Positions 26,732 to 36,636 of a stretch of DNA of 55,191 bases are shown in pieces. Each line of letters begins with the position of its first letter. Within the stretch, counting starts at the first letter, position 1. Source of the DNA: Dehalococcoidales bacterium (lineage in GTDB: Bacteria; Chloroflexota; Dehalococcoidia; Dehalococcoidales; UBA5760); NCBI GenBank assembly GCA_021161775.1, contig JAGGZY010000016.1:1-55191 (forward strand). Direction: 5' to 3'. A program made the position numbers and the translations under genes. The notes under the pieces were generated by a model that worked only from the letters and a program-made list of their open reading frames with translations, was not told the origin of the DNA and ran no database searches.

Positions 26732-29416
26732 ATGGAAAGGTTGAAGGCATTTTTTGACCCCAAAAGCGTAGCATTAGTAGGAGCTACAGATAAGCGAAAT
26801 GCTGTAGGGCGGATAATTCTGGACAATCTCTTACTGGCTCGGGAGAAGCGCCAAGTCTACCCGATAAATCCCAATCGGGAAGAGATATTTGAGTTAAAGT
26901 GCTATCCTGACATAAGCTCTCTACCTGAGGTTCCTCAGCTGGTCGTCATTGCCATCCCGGCTCAATTTGTTCCTGATGTAGTTGAAAAATGTGGCCAAGC
27001 CGGTGTCAAGTCTATAGTCATTATCTCCAGTGGCTTTAAGGAGATAGGGGCTGAGGGAAAGGCGTTGGAAGCTAAGATAACTGATATAGCCTCGGAATAT
27101 GGAATCAGAATAGTGGGGCCCAACTGTTTGGGTGTAATGAAACCCAGCACTGAGTTAAATGCAAGCTTTGCCAATAAGCTGTGTAAGCCCGGGCATATAG
27201 CTCTCTTATCACAGAGTGGTGCTCTAGCCACCGCTATCCTCGACTGGGCGGCTAGTAGAGACATCGGTTTTAGCGCTGTTGCTTCACTGGGTTCTATGCT
27301 CGATGTAGATTTTGGAGACCTGATAGATTACCTTGGTGGAGACCCTGAGACCCAGAGTATCATCGTTTATCTAGAGTCCTTGGGTGACTCCCTGACCCAT
27401 ACCAAGAGGTTTATGAGCGCTGCCCGGGGGTTTGCCCGGACAAAGCCGGTGATGGTGATCAAACCGGGGAAGTCTCAAGAGAGCAGGGAGGCAGCTCAGT
27501 CCCATACCGGAGCTATGGTGGGAGATGATTTGTACTATGATGCCGTTTTTGCCAGAGCTGGTGTGGTGAGGGTGGAAGAGATTGGGGACATTTTTAACTG
27601 CGCCTCTGCATTGAATGCTGCGCGATTGCCTCATGCCCCAAATCTGGCCATAATAACCAATGCTGGCGGACCGGCAGCATTAGCCACTGATGCCCTGATA
27701 GACAAGGGTGGCAAGTTAGCTCAACTAGGCGAGAAAACCCTTGCTGCTCTAAACGAGTTCCTGCCTCACTACTGGAGTAAATCTAATCCTATCGATATCT
27801 TGGGAGATGCCGACCCGCGAAGATATGTGAAAACTATCGAGGCAGTTCTTAAGGACCCCGGTGTTAGTGGCGTCATTATTATCTATACACCTCAAGGTGC
27901 GGCTAAACCGACTCAGATAGCTAGGACCATCATTAAGTATATTGGGAAGAATGACAAGCCTATCCTGGTCGCTATGATGGGTGGTGAGGAGGTGGCCGAG
28001 GCAAAGCAGATATTCTGTGGGAACGGGATTCCCATCTTTGAGTTCCCTGAAGATGCCGTCAAGACGTATCTCTATATGTATAAATACGCTCGCAATCTAG
28101 AGATGCTATATGAAACCCCGGAGGATTTGCCTCTGGAGCGCGGAGCTCCAAAGAATTACCTTAAAATACTGGCTCGTAAGGCAGTAATGGCGGGGCAATC
28201 GCTACTGAGTGAAGAGGATTCTAAGAAGTTCTTGACCACGTATGGCATCTCTGCTACTATTCCATATACGGCTAGCAATGCTGAGGAGGCTGTCAGGGTA
28301 GCGTCACGCGTTGGTTACCCGGTGGCGATGAAGATTTCCTCCCCTGATATAACCCACAAATCGGATGTCGGTGGTGTGATGCTAAATATTTCCTCAGATA
28401 GCGAGGTTAAAAAAGCATTTGACGAAATTATAGGAAACGCTAAAAAGCACCAGCCTAAGGCTAGAGTGGATGGGGTTAGCCTGCAGAGGATGGTGACAAA
28501 ATATGATTGCGAACTTATTATTGGCAGCAAAAAGGACCTGACTTTGGGTCCGGTGATTATGTTTGGTCTTGGCGGGACAGAGGCAGAGTTCTTTAAAGAT
28601 GTTGCTATAGGGTTACCCCCTCTCAATCAGATATTGGCTAGAAGGGTGATAGAGCAAACCAAAATCTACAAACTGCTATCTGAGGGATTCAGGGCAGTCC
28701 CTCCGGTTAACATGCTACTAGTGGATGAAGTTCTGGTGGCGGTGTCAAACTTAATTGTTGACTTCCCGGAGATAAAGGAGCTGGATATCAATCCCTTAGT
28801 CATAAGTGGCGATGTTGCTGTTGCTCTCGATGCAAGAATTATCCTTGACGAAGAAGTGGTGCGAAGGGGAGTAGAGGAACATGCCCACTTAATAATATCC
28901 CCTTATCCTACCAAGTATATCCAACCCTGGAGAGTGAGGGATGGCAGACAAGTACTACTGAGGCCAATCAGGCCTGAAGACGAACCGCTGGAAAGGGAGC
29001 TCATCGCTAATCTATCACCAGAGACATCCAGGTTCCGCTTTTTCCATGTGCTTAAGGAGACGACCCACGAGATGCTCAACCGGTTCTGTAATATTGACTA
29101 TGACCGGGAGATGGCTATTATCGCTGAGTATACCTCAAATGGTAAGAGAAGGAATGTTGGCGTGGGAAGGCTGTTAATTGAGTTTGGCAGAGAAATTGGA
29201 GAGTTCGCTGTAGTGGTTGCTGACGATTTTCAGGGTAACGGTCTAGGGCAGAAACTTGTTGACATGCTGATAGATGTTGCCCAGGGGAAGGGCCTGAAGA
29301 GCATCTATGGCGTCGTGTTGAACGATAATAAGAAGATGATTGGTTTGGGCACGAAGCTCGGCTTTATTGTGGAGAGGTATTCCCCCGAGGAAAGTAAACT
29401 GGTCTTGGAACTCTAA
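26732..29416 (+). CDS. Pat-type protein lysine acetyltransferase (ADP-forming acyl-CoA synthetase-like domains + C-terminal GNAT)
   Basis: The 894-aa ORF starts with a CoA-binding/succinyl-CoA-synthetase-like N-terminus (SVALVGATDK...IVGPNCLG...SQSGA). An ATP-grasp middle follows. The C-terminal GNAT carries FQGNGLGQKLVDMLI. Confidence 0.85.
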   Translation: MERLKAFFDPKSVALVGATDKRNAVGRIILDNLLLAREKRQVYPINPNREEIFELKCYPDISSLPEVPQLVVIAIPAQFVPDVVEKCGQAGVKSIVIISSGFKEIGAEGKALEAKITDIASEYGIRIVGPNCLGVMKPSTELNASFANKLCKPGHIALLSQSGALATAILDWAASRDIGFSAVASLGSMLDVDFGDLIDYLGGDPETQSIIVYLESLGDSLTHTKRFMSAARGFARTKPVMVIKPGKSQESREAAQSHTGAMVGDDLYYDAVFARAGVVRVEEIGDIFNCASALNAARLPHAPNLAIITNAGGPAALATDALIDKGGKLAQLGEKTLAALNEFLPHYWSKSNPIDILGDADPRRYVKTIEAVLKDPGVSGVIIIYTPQGAAKPTQIARTIIKYIGKNDKPILVAMMGGEEVAEAKQIFCGNGIPIFEFPEDAVKTYLYMYKYARNLEMLYETPEDLPLERGAPKNYLKILARKAVMAGQSLLSEEDSKKFLTTYGISATIPYTASNAEEAVRVASRVGYPVAMKISSPDITHKSDVGGVMLNISSDSEVKKAFDEIIGNAKKHQPKARVDGVSLQRMVTKYDCELIIGSKKDLTLGPVIMFGLGGTEAEFFKDVAIGLPPLNQILARRVIEQTKIYKLLSEGFRAVPPVNMLLVDEVLVAVSNLIVDFPEIKELDINPLVISGDVAVALDARIILDEEVVRRGVEEHAHLIISPYPTKYIQPWRVRDGRQVLLRPIRPEDEPLERELIANLSPETSRFRFFHVLKETTHEMLNRFCNIDYDREMAIIAEYTSNGKRRNVGVGRLLIEFGREIGEFAVVVADDFQGNGLGQKLVDMLIDVAQGKGLKSIYGVVLNDNKKMIGLGTKLGFIVERYSPEESKLVLEL

Positions 29417-29438
29417 CCAAGGAGCTTTGGATAAAGCT

Positions 29439-30548
29439 TCATCGCAAACATGTCCAGTAGTCTTTAAGCCTATTCTTAACATCCCCTATGATTTTCTCGG
29501 TTTCCGCTAGAGCAAGGTCGGAACTAAAGCGTTGAGGGACGGGTTCGGGTTCTTCTATTTTAAGCTCAATACCGGTTAATCCAGCAATCAAAGCCAGCCA
29601 AGCATATGGCAAAACCCTCTTGTTATAGCCGGAGGCGAGCAAGTCAATAGCTTTATCATCGCAAATTTTAGCCATCTCTTGGACCTTTTCACCAATCATT
29701 CTGAAGCCTCTCAGCGAGAGCCCCAACGTAGTGAGTCCATCGTTGAGGTGGGGATCTGAACCACCATTTCGGATAATAAGCTGAGGTCGAAATTCCTCAG
29801 TCAACGGTTGCACGATTGACTCGAAAGCCAATCGATAGGAATCATCGCCAGCATAAATTGGTAGTGGGACATTAACAGTAAAGCCCTTGCCTTTATCGAG
29901 ACCAATTTCGTGAGCGAAGCCTGTCCCGGGGTAGACGGTCTTGGGGTCCTGATGAATGTCAATAAATAAGACCCTCGGATCCCGATAAAAATACTCCGAA
30001 GTTCCGTTTCCTGCATGAGCATCAGTATCTAGGATCAGGATTCTCTCCAATTTATACTCCTGCATTAAATATAAAGCGCTGAAAGCAACGTCGTTGTATA
30101 TGCAAAACCCTTCACCATAAGAAGATTTAGCATGGTGCATCCCACCACCTACAGACACTACTTTCTTGAATTTACCCTCTTGAACTAATTCACAGGCTGT
30201 TTTTGCCTGTCCAACGATTAGTCTCGCGGCCTCTTCTACCTTCCCCGTCTCCCCCATAATAGGTTGATTATCTCCGCTATGAAATCTATAGAATGGGTTA
30301 GGGTAGCTTGCCCCCAGATTAGCGGCTTTGTAGTACTCCTTTGTGAAGTCGATATAGTCTTTCTGGCAGATTAAGGATAAATCTTCATCACTTGCCGGTT
30401 CGGCTTTAATAATCCGGTAATTGTTATTCTCCGGTAGGGTATCCTTCAGGAACTCAGGAAATATTTCGTAGCGGTCTCCACGGAAAGGGTGACCTGGCCC
30501 GAAATCATATTCCTTTAGTTCCTCTCGATATAAAATTCCAATTGCCAT
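29439..30548 (-). CDS. Histone-deacetylase-family (AcuC/HDAC class I-like) zinc deacetylase
   Basis: GGGMHHAKSSYGEGFCIYND and ILILDTDAHAGNGT are the Zn-binding D..H..D arrangement of the arginase/deacetylase fold. Confidence 0.85.
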   Translation of the reverse strand: MAIGILYREELKEYDFGPGHPFRGDRYEIFPEFLKDTLPENNNYRIIKAEPASDEDLSLICQKDYIDFTKEYYKAANLGASYPNPFYRFHSGDNQPIMGETGKVEEAARLIVGQAKTACELVQEGKFKKVVSVGGGMHHAKSSYGEGFCIYNDVAFSALYLMQEYKLERILILDTDAHAGNGTSEYFYRDPRVLFIDIHQDPKTVYPGTGFAHEIGLDKGKGFTVNVPLPIYAGDDSYRLAFESIVQPLTEEFRPQLIIRNGGSDPHLNDGLTTLGLSLRGFRMIGEKVQEMAKICDDKAIDLLASGYNKRVLPYAWLALIAGLTGIELKIEEPEPVPQRFSSDLALAETEKIIGDVKNRLKDYWTCLR

Positions 30549-30781
30549 TTAATCTCCTCGTAAAAATAACTCGCGGGTGAACCTGCATTGGCTCTCGCTT
30601 GTTCTAGTATAGCATCGTCAGGGCGGTATCATTATTAATCGGTTTAAGCTCGATTAAACACTTCGACAGATTGTGTAGCTCTTTAAGGTCATGATAAGGA
30701 GAATTGTTGAGCAAAGTGAGGGCATCTCCAGATAGTGTGTATATAGGAATCAGTGCCTCAGGTTTAAGAGCTTATACTGGT

Positions 30782-30869
30782 CTCTTTAGTCAGGGTAATT
30801 ATACTACTTTATAATCTTCTCTGCCATATAGGGCTGGAGAACCTCGGGGATAGTTATGCTGCCGTAGGC
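30782..30869. repeat. Direct repeat copy A: duplicate of the serS 3' end plus ~22 nt downstream
   Basis: CTCTTTAGTCAGGGTAATTATACTACTTTATAATC[T]TCTCTGCCATATAGGGCTGGAGAACCTCGGGGA[T]AGTTATGCTGCCGT matches 31526-31609 with 2 mismatches. Similarity decays over the next few bases. Confidence 0.85.
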
Positions 30870-31507
30870 TTTACTGTCTTTAGCAGTCGCAGATGTCCCT
30901 TAAAGAAAAGCTCCTCTTCAAAGTCAGCGAAACCCTGGCCCCGAAGCATTTCCTTTATATTGAGTTTGAGAAATTCTGCTGCTAATTGGCACTCCCAACG
31001 GGTAAATGCCCAGCGAATAGGAAACCATATTTTCTCAAGATTGAACTCATTATAGTCTAGGATGTAGAAAGCTCCTCCCGGCTTCAAAGCTTGAAAAGCG
31101 CCATGAATAATCCGCAGTTTTTGGCTATCCTCAAACCCGTGCAAGACAAAGGAAATGAACACCTTGTTGAACTCTTCTTTATATGGCAGAGGTAGCTCTA
31201 TGCGTTGTTCCTTAAAGGTAACATTAGGATACCGGCGACAGCGTTTTCTGGCTTGACTTAACATCTCGTCACTAATATCTAAGCCTACAATCTTGCCGCC
31301 AGAGTCTACCTTTTTGACCATAAAACAATCGTTCTTGCCCGTACCTGAACCAAGGTCCAGTATTGATTCACCGGGCTTGATGCCCATCTTTTCGACAGCG
31401 ACTTTGAGGAGGTGAGAATACTGCCCTAGTGAAAGCAGGCTTAGGAAGCGGTCATAGTAGCGCGCTGCCCTGTCTCCAATCTCTACCTTAGACCTTGCTG
31501 GGGACAA
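30854..31507 (-). CDS. Class I SAM-dependent methyltransferase (UbiE/COQ5-like)
   Basis: Motif I reads ILDLGSGTGKN and the post-I acidic residue is in VGLDISDEM. Its last five codons and stop lie inside repeat copy A. Confidence 0.8.
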   Translation of the reverse strand: MSPARSKVEIGDRAARYYDRFLSLLSLGQYSHLLKVAVEKMGIKPGESILDLGSGTGKNDCFMVKKVDSGGKIVGLDISDEMLSQARKRCRRYPNVTFKEQRIELPLPYKEEFNKVFISFVLHGFEDSQKLRIIHGAFQALKPGGAFYILDYNEFNLEKIWFPIRWAFTRWECQLAAEFLKLNIKEMLRGQGFADFEEELFFKGHLRLLKTVKPTAA

Positions 31508-31525
31508 AATATACCCCTCCCTAAC

Positions 31526-31613
31526 CTCTTTAGTCAGGGTAATTATACTACTTTATAATCCTCTCTGCCATATAGGGCTGGAGAACCTCGGGGACAGTTA
31601 TGCTGCCGTCGGC
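31526..31613. repeat. Direct repeat copy B: authentic serS 3' end plus downstream flank
   Basis: See copy A. This copy contains the serS stop (31548-31550) and the last ~21 codons (DGSITVPEVLQPYMAERIIK). Confidence 0.85.
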
Positions 31614-32783
31614 ATTCTGGTAGTTTTCCATTACGGCAATGACTACCCGGGGCAGGGCTAGTCCGGAGCCGTTCAGGGTGTGAACCAACTGTGGCTTGGC
31701 ATCGGGGGTGGGACGATAGCGGATGTTTGCCCGCCGTGCCTGAAAGTCGGTACAGTTGGAGCAGGAACTTACCTCCAGCCACTCCCCACAGCCGGGTGCC
31801 CACATCTCAATATCGTAGGTCCTGGTCGAGGCAAAGCTTAAATCAGCAGTACATAGCTCCACTGTGCGATAGGGTAGTTCCAGCCGCTGGCAGACCATTT
31901 CGGCAGCGCTGACTAACTTCTCTAGGGCATCACTGGAGCTATCCGGCTCGACGAATTCATATAGCTCTACCTTATCAAACTGGTGGCCTCGTTTTATCCC
32001 TCGGGTATCCTTGCCGGCGGACATCTTCTCCCGGCGGAAACAGGCAGTGTGGGAAACATAACGCAAGGGCAGTCTTCCCGGGGGGATGATTTCATCGCGG
32101 TAGAGATTAGTGAGGGGAACCTCGGCAGTGGGGATGAACCATAAATCATCGGTATCGTCGTGATACAGGTTATCGGCAAACTTGGGCAGGTTGCTGGAGC
32201 CAACCATAGACTCCCTTTTCACCATAAACGGCGGGTATATCTCCTCAAAACCGTTTTCGGTGGTGTGAAGGTCAAGCATAAACGAGATTAAAGCCCGTTG
32301 TAATTTGGCTCCCAGCCCTTTCAGTATATAGAAGCGGGTGCCGGATAGCTTTACCCCTCGCTCAAAGTCAATGATATCCAGTGATTCCCCCAGTTCCCAG
32401 TGGGGGGCGGGGGTAAAATCAAAGCTCCTTGGCTCTCCCCAGGAGCGTATTACTACATTATCCCTTTCATCCTTGCCTATAGGCACGGTGGGTTGGGGGA
32501 TATTGGGCACTCGCAGCAGGAGGTCAGACAGTTGTTTATCCAGATTCCTGACTTCTTCCTCTATTACCCTTATCTTGGCGCGCAGACCGCGCCCTTCATC
32601 TGCGGATTTCCTCTCTCGGGCAGTCTCCTTTCGGGCATGTCTTAAATCTTCTAGCTCAGCCATCTTCTGGCGACACTCCGAATCCAGCCGTAGGATTTCA
32701 TCCAGCGGGGCATCATCCTGGCGGCTGGCTACTGCCTGCCGTACTAAAGCTACATTCTGACGGATAAATTTCAGGTCAAGCAT
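31548..32783 (-). CDS. serS: Seryl-tRNA synthetase
   Basis: MLDLKFIRQN... forms the N-terminal coiled-coil arm. The class II motifs include TAEVPL, FRRE and GSGLALPR. Confidence 0.9.
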   Translation of the reverse strand: MLDLKFIRQNVALVRQAVASRQDDAPLDEILRLDSECRQKMAELEDLRHARKETARERKSADEGRGLRAKIRVIEEEVRNLDKQLSDLLLRVPNIPQPTVPIGKDERDNVVIRSWGEPRSFDFTPAPHWELGESLDIIDFERGVKLSGTRFYILKGLGAKLQRALISFMLDLHTTENGFEEIYPPFMVKRESMVGSSNLPKFADNLYHDDTDDLWFIPTAEVPLTNLYRDEIIPPGRLPLRYVSHTACFRREKMSAGKDTRGIKRGHQFDKVELYEFVEPDSSSDALEKLVSAAEMVCQRLELPYRTVELCTADLSFASTRTYDIEMWAPGCGEWLEVSSCSNCTDFQARRANIRYRPTPDAKPQLVHTLNGSGLALPRVVIAVMENYQNADGSITVPEVLQPYMAERIIK

Positions 32784-32795
32784 TATAATTCTTCC

Positions 32796-34277
32796 TTACT
32801 CTGGGACCTTTTCCCGAAGCTGGGGGAACAGGATTACCTGACGGATTGATGTTTGTCCGCTGAGCAGCATTACCAGCCGGTCGATACCCACTCCCAGCCC
32901 CCCGGTGGGGGGCATACCGTGTTCCAGCGCCAGCAGGAAATCTTTATCAATAGTCGTGGTGTCGCCCTTTGCCCCACGGTTTTGCTGTTGTGTGGTGAAG
33001 CGCTGTCGCTGCTCGATAGGGTCGTTAAGCTCGGTGAAGGCATTGGCAAACTCCATCCCGCCAGCAAAGGCTTCAAAACGCTCTACCAGGTGGGGATTCT
33101 GCGATGTTTTTTTGGCTAGCGGTGACATATCCACCGGGTGGTGTAGCAGCAGGGTCGGTTGGAGCAGGTGGGGTTCAACCGAGGTTGACAGTAGCTCATC
33201 TATCAATCGTCCCCGGTCCTTCTCCGGGTCAGCCTCGATATTCAGCTCGAGCATTCTGGCTCGCAGGGAATCAGCATCGGGATACTGCTCGAAGTCAATG
33301 CCAGCGTAGTCGATGATTGACTGGCGCACCTCAACCCGCTGCCACGGTGGCTTGAAGCTGATGGTGTTATCGCCGAATTTAACCGTATCGCTGCCTGAAA
33401 CCTGCAGAGCTAGGTGATATATCATTTCCTCCAGCATTGCCATCACATCGTTGTAGTCAGCGTAAGCCTCGTAGGTCTCCAGCATAGTAAACTCAGGATT
33501 GTGTTTGGTGGAGATGCCTTCGTTGCGGAAGATGCGTCCCATTTCATAGACCTTATCAAAACCGCCGACAATCAATCTCTTTAGGTAAAGCTCCAGGGCA
33601 ATGCGTAGGTAAAAATCGCGGTTAAGGGCGTGATGGTGGGTGATAAACGGCTGAGCCAGCGCCCCCCCCGCCGATGCCTGTAGCACCGGGGTTTCTACCT
33701 CAAGGAAGCCCCGCTGGTCCAGAAACTGCCTGATGGCGGTGATAATCTGACTGCGTGTGGTGAAGATTTTTTTAGTCTCCGTATTGGCGATAAGGTCTAG
33801 ATAGCGCTGCCGGTATCGGGTGTCGGTATCACTGAGTCCGTGCCACTTCTCCGGCAATGGCTGGAGTGATTTAGCCAGCAAAGTGAGATGGGTTACCTCA
33901 ATAGACGGCTCCCCCCGCTTGGTGCGGAAGGATTTACCCTGAGCGCCAATAATATCGCCAATGTCGATATCCTTGAGCAGCTCAAGGCTGTCTTCACTAA
34001 GGGTGTCCCGCTGGCAGTAGAGCTGAATCTGCCCTGAGCCGTCGCGGATGTCAAGGAAAGAACTCTTACCCATTCGTCTTATTGCCATAATGCGTCCAGC
34101 AACACTGACTACTTCCTCCTTGGTCAAGCCTTCCTCATTCCGCTTGAGCAAAGCTACAGCCTCCTGTGTGGTATGACTGCGATGGTAGTGGGGAGGATAG
34201 GGGTTAATCCCCCGCTCTCGTAGCCGCTCCAGTTTTTCCCGCCGTAGCTTATTTATCTGGTCTAATCTGGATTCCAT
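32796..34277 (-). CDS. lysS: Lysyl-tRNA synthetase, class II
   Basis: An OB-fold N-terminus is followed by class II motifs: FLEVETPVLQ, FRNEGIS..HNPEFTMLE, GGLGVGIDRLVMLL. Confidence 0.9.
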   Translation of the reverse strand: MESRLDQINKLRREKLERLRERGINPYPPHYHRSHTTQEAVALLKRNEEGLTKEEVVSVAGRIMAIRRMGKSSFLDIRDGSGQIQLYCQRDTLSEDSLELLKDIDIGDIIGAQGKSFRTKRGEPSIEVTHLTLLAKSLQPLPEKWHGLSDTDTRYRQRYLDLIANTETKKIFTTRSQIITAIRQFLDQRGFLEVETPVLQASAGGALAQPFITHHHALNRDFYLRIALELYLKRLIVGGFDKVYEMGRIFRNEGISTKHNPEFTMLETYEAYADYNDVMAMLEEMIYHLALQVSGSDTVKFGDNTISFKPPWQRVEVRQSIIDYAGIDFEQYPDADSLRARMLELNIEADPEKDRGRLIDELLSTSVEPHLLQPTLLLHHPVDMSPLAKKTSQNPHLVERFEAFAGGMEFANAFTELNDPIEQRQRFTTQQQNRGAKGDTTTIDKDFLLALEHGMPPTGGLGVGIDRLVMLLSGQTSIRQVILFPQLREKVPE

Positions 34278-34346
34278 CTTCAGTCCTCGGCATAATCAGT
34301 AGTTAGTGATTATTATAGGGTTTCTTAGTCCGGATAGTAAAGCTGT

Positions 34347-35108
34347 TTATGGGGATTGTCTTATGGTGTCTAGCCAGCTGGCTGATTTTATCTCCCGTTC
34401 CAGCAGGTAACTGAGGTAGCCTCGGGTTATCTCTTCTAGCTTGAGGGATAGCTGGTGGTCCATCTTTAACCGATTGGCGGTAGTATAGTCATTATTCTGT
34501 AGCCACCTTAATACCTTCAGGGCATTAACTGACAGGGGATAGCTTAAAGGCTGGTGCTGAGCGCAACCCGGGCACAGCACGCCACCCAGGTGAGGGCAGA
34601 ATGAGTTGGTTACCGCTTTTAGTGGGGAGTGGCAAGAAACGCATTTTTGTAGCTGGGGGCGATAGCCAGTCAGATTAAGCAGTTGTAGTTCAAAGTAACG
34701 TAGGGGGAGCTCCGCATCACCCTGCTGGCAGAGGTGGCTTAGTGTCTCCAGTAGCAATTGGAACAGGGGATAGTTTTCCACATCGTCAACGGTGAACTGA
34801 TTGACTAGTTCAATAACATAGAGGGCGTAGGAGCTAAGATTAAGGTCGGTCTTGAGAGGCAGGAAGCTATCTATGGTCTGGCTGCCAGTTATGATATCCA
34901 GATTTCGCCCCCGCGCCAGCGATATTTGGCTATGGGTCAGTAGCTCAAGGTGCCCTGCCATCTTGCTTCTAGGGCGTCTCACCCCCTTGGCTACCGCCTG
35001 AAGCTTGCCCAGGTGGGGGGTGTAGAGGGTGAGGATTCGGTCGGCTTCCTTTAGCTTGGTTTTCTTAATAATAATGGCTTCGGTCTGGTAGTTACGTGGT
35101 TTAGTCAT
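34347..35108 (-). CDS. recO: DNA repair protein RecO
   Basis: An N-terminal OB fold (EAIIIKKTKLKEADRILTLYTPHLGKL) is followed by a C4 zinc motif (CVSC...CPGC). Confidence 0.85.
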   Translation of the reverse strand: MTKPRNYQTEAIIIKKTKLKEADRILTLYTPHLGKLQAVAKGVRRPRSKMAGHLELLTHSQISLARGRNLDIITGSQTIDSFLPLKTDLNLSSYALYVIELVNQFTVDDVENYPLFQLLLETLSHLCQQGDAELPLRYFELQLLNLTGYRPQLQKCVSCHSPLKAVTNSFCPHLGGVLCPGCAQHQPLSYPLSVNALKVLRWLQNNDYTTANRLKMDHQLSLKLEEITRGYLSYLLEREIKSASWLDTIRQSP

Positions 35109-35179
35109 TGTCGGATGTTCCTCTAGCCTGTCTTGGGCTTGGGGATAATCAGCATATCATATCGCGACGCCGACATCCC

Positions 35180-35665
35180 CTAGGTGAACCGGCCATCATC
35201 CTTCGAGGTGGGAAGTTTATGCACATTTTCCTCCAGCCAGCCTATTCTCTCCACCTCTCGTATGTCAAATTTTGGCACATAGGGTTTAATATCCAGCAGG
35301 GGGGTGCCATCGACAATGTCAATATCCTGGATATGAAGAATGTTCCCTTCGACCTTGAGCAGGTGGACTACCGAGATGCCGATGGGGTTGGGACGGCTGG
35401 GGCCTCGGATGGTAAAGATGCCATGGGGTTTATCGTCCATAAACGGCTTGACCTTCAGGGGCGACTTTCGGGACAGGTGGAAGTGATATATCAGGATAAG
35501 GTGAGAGAAGCCGCCAATACCTTCTAAGCCTTCAGCATATTCGGGAAAGACCTCTACTGTCCCAGGGATACCCCTGGCGGCGGTAGGCTGTATCGGGGTC
35601 CCTTTGGACTCCTTGAACGGAGAATGGATAACCCCGATTGGCTGATACCTTATTTCGTTCATCAC
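35180..35665 (-). CDS. trmO: tRNA (m6t6A37) methyltransferase TrmO/TsaA (YaeB family)
   Basis: Family motifs: IGVIHSPFKE..GTPIQP, FSHLILIYHFH, RGPSRPNPIGISVV, GTPLLDIKPY. Confidence 0.8.
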   Translation of the reverse strand: MMNEIRYQPIGVIHSPFKESKGTPIQPTAARGIPGTVEVFPEYAEGLEGIGGFSHLILIYHFHLSRKSPLKVKPFMDDKPHGIFTIRGPSRPNPIGISVVHLLKVEGNILHIQDIDIVDGTPLLDIKPYVPKFDIREVERIGWLEENVHKLPTSKDDGRFT

Positions 35666-35697
35666 TGCTTCTTAAAGTTAATTAGGTGTCTCTCTAT

Positions 35698-36318
35698 CTA
35701 CAGTGGCTGCCGGCCCTCAATGGCTCGGGTCAGGGTAACATCATCGGCGTATTCCAGTTCGGTGCCAAAGGGTAGCCCTCGGGCAAGGCGGGTAATCGTT
35801 ATGTCTAGCGGTGAGATGAGTTTATTGAGATAGGCGGCGGTCTGTTCCCCCTCAAGGTTGGTGTTGGTTGCCAGAATGACCTCGGTTACCGAACCGTCCT
35901 TCAGTCGCTCCAGAAGCTGGTTAATCTTTATATCATTAGCTCCAATGCCTTCAGTAGGAGAGATGGCGCCGTGAAGGACATGGTATAGCCCGTAGTAGCT
36001 TCGGGTGTGTTCCAAAGCCAGAATATCCTGCGGCTGTTCCACTACGCAAATCTGGGAGTGGTCGCGCTGGTCATTACGGCAGATGGGGCAGGGGTCGGTG
36101 TCAGTAACATTAAAACAGACCGAACACAACCGGGTCTCCTGTTTGACCTGTCGGATAGCGTTAGCCAGGAGCTTGGTTTGCTCTTCAGAGGCTTGCAACA
36201 GGTGATAGGCAAGCCGCTGGGCACTCTTAGGCCCTATCCCCGGCAACCGGCTGAACTCCAAAATAAGCTGGGATATAGCACCAGTAGTTGGGGTTGATTG
36301 TTGATTCATCTTCACCAC
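35698..36318 (-). CDS. recR: Recombination protein RecR
   Basis: HhH motif [18 protein letters not shown]4 zinc finger CSVC...CPIC, and a Toprim region. Confidence 0.9.
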   Translation of the reverse strand: MVKMNQQSTPTTGAISQLILEFSRLPGIGPKSAQRLAYHLLQASEEQTKLLANAIRQVKQETRLCSVCFNVTDTDPCPICRNDQRDHSQICVVEQPQDILALEHTRSYYGLYHVLHGAISPTEGIGANDIKINQLLERLKDGSVTEVILATNTNLEGEQTAAYLNKLISPLDITITRLARGLPFGTELEYADDVTLTRAIEGRQPL

Positions 36319-36333
36319 CTTTGTCTTCAGGGG

Positions 36334-36636
36334 TTATAATCCGGGGAGGTTAAAGCCGCCGGTTATCCCTTTTAGCTTGTTAATAGAGACCTTCTGCGAT
36401 TTAGTAATGGCATCACTGACCGCGGTTAACACCAGTTTCTCCAGTTGCCCGGGGTTTGCCGGGTCAATCACCCCGGGGGAGATTGCTATAGATTGCACCC
36501 TTTGTTGACCATCCATAACAACCTTAACGTCTCCCTTGCCTGAACTGCCTTCGATTATAGTCTGGCTCAGCTCTTGTTGAGCCTTATTTAGCCTGGCTTT
36601 AAGCTGACGGGCTTGATTTATTTGGGATAGATTCAT
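36334..36636 (-). CDS. ybaB: Nucleoid-associated protein YbaB/EbfC
   Basis: 100-aa ORF between dnaX and recR, which is the conserved order. It has the typical Q-rich helical N-terminus followed by a V.V..G pattern. Confidence 0.85.
   Translation of the reverse strand: MNLSQINQARQLKARLNKAQQELSQTIIEGSSGKGDVKVVMDGQQRVQSIAISPGVIDPANPGQLEKLVLTAVSDAITKSQKVSINKLKGITGGFNLPGL

Noticed and set aside
31543-31803. An 86-aa minus-strand ORF overlapping the serS 3' end, and similar internal ORFs in serS and lysS (31994-32203, 32870-33076).
   Set aside because: These are alternative frames of strongly supported aminoacyl-tRNA synthetase genes. Their Arg/Pro/Ser-rich composition is typical of off-frame translation.
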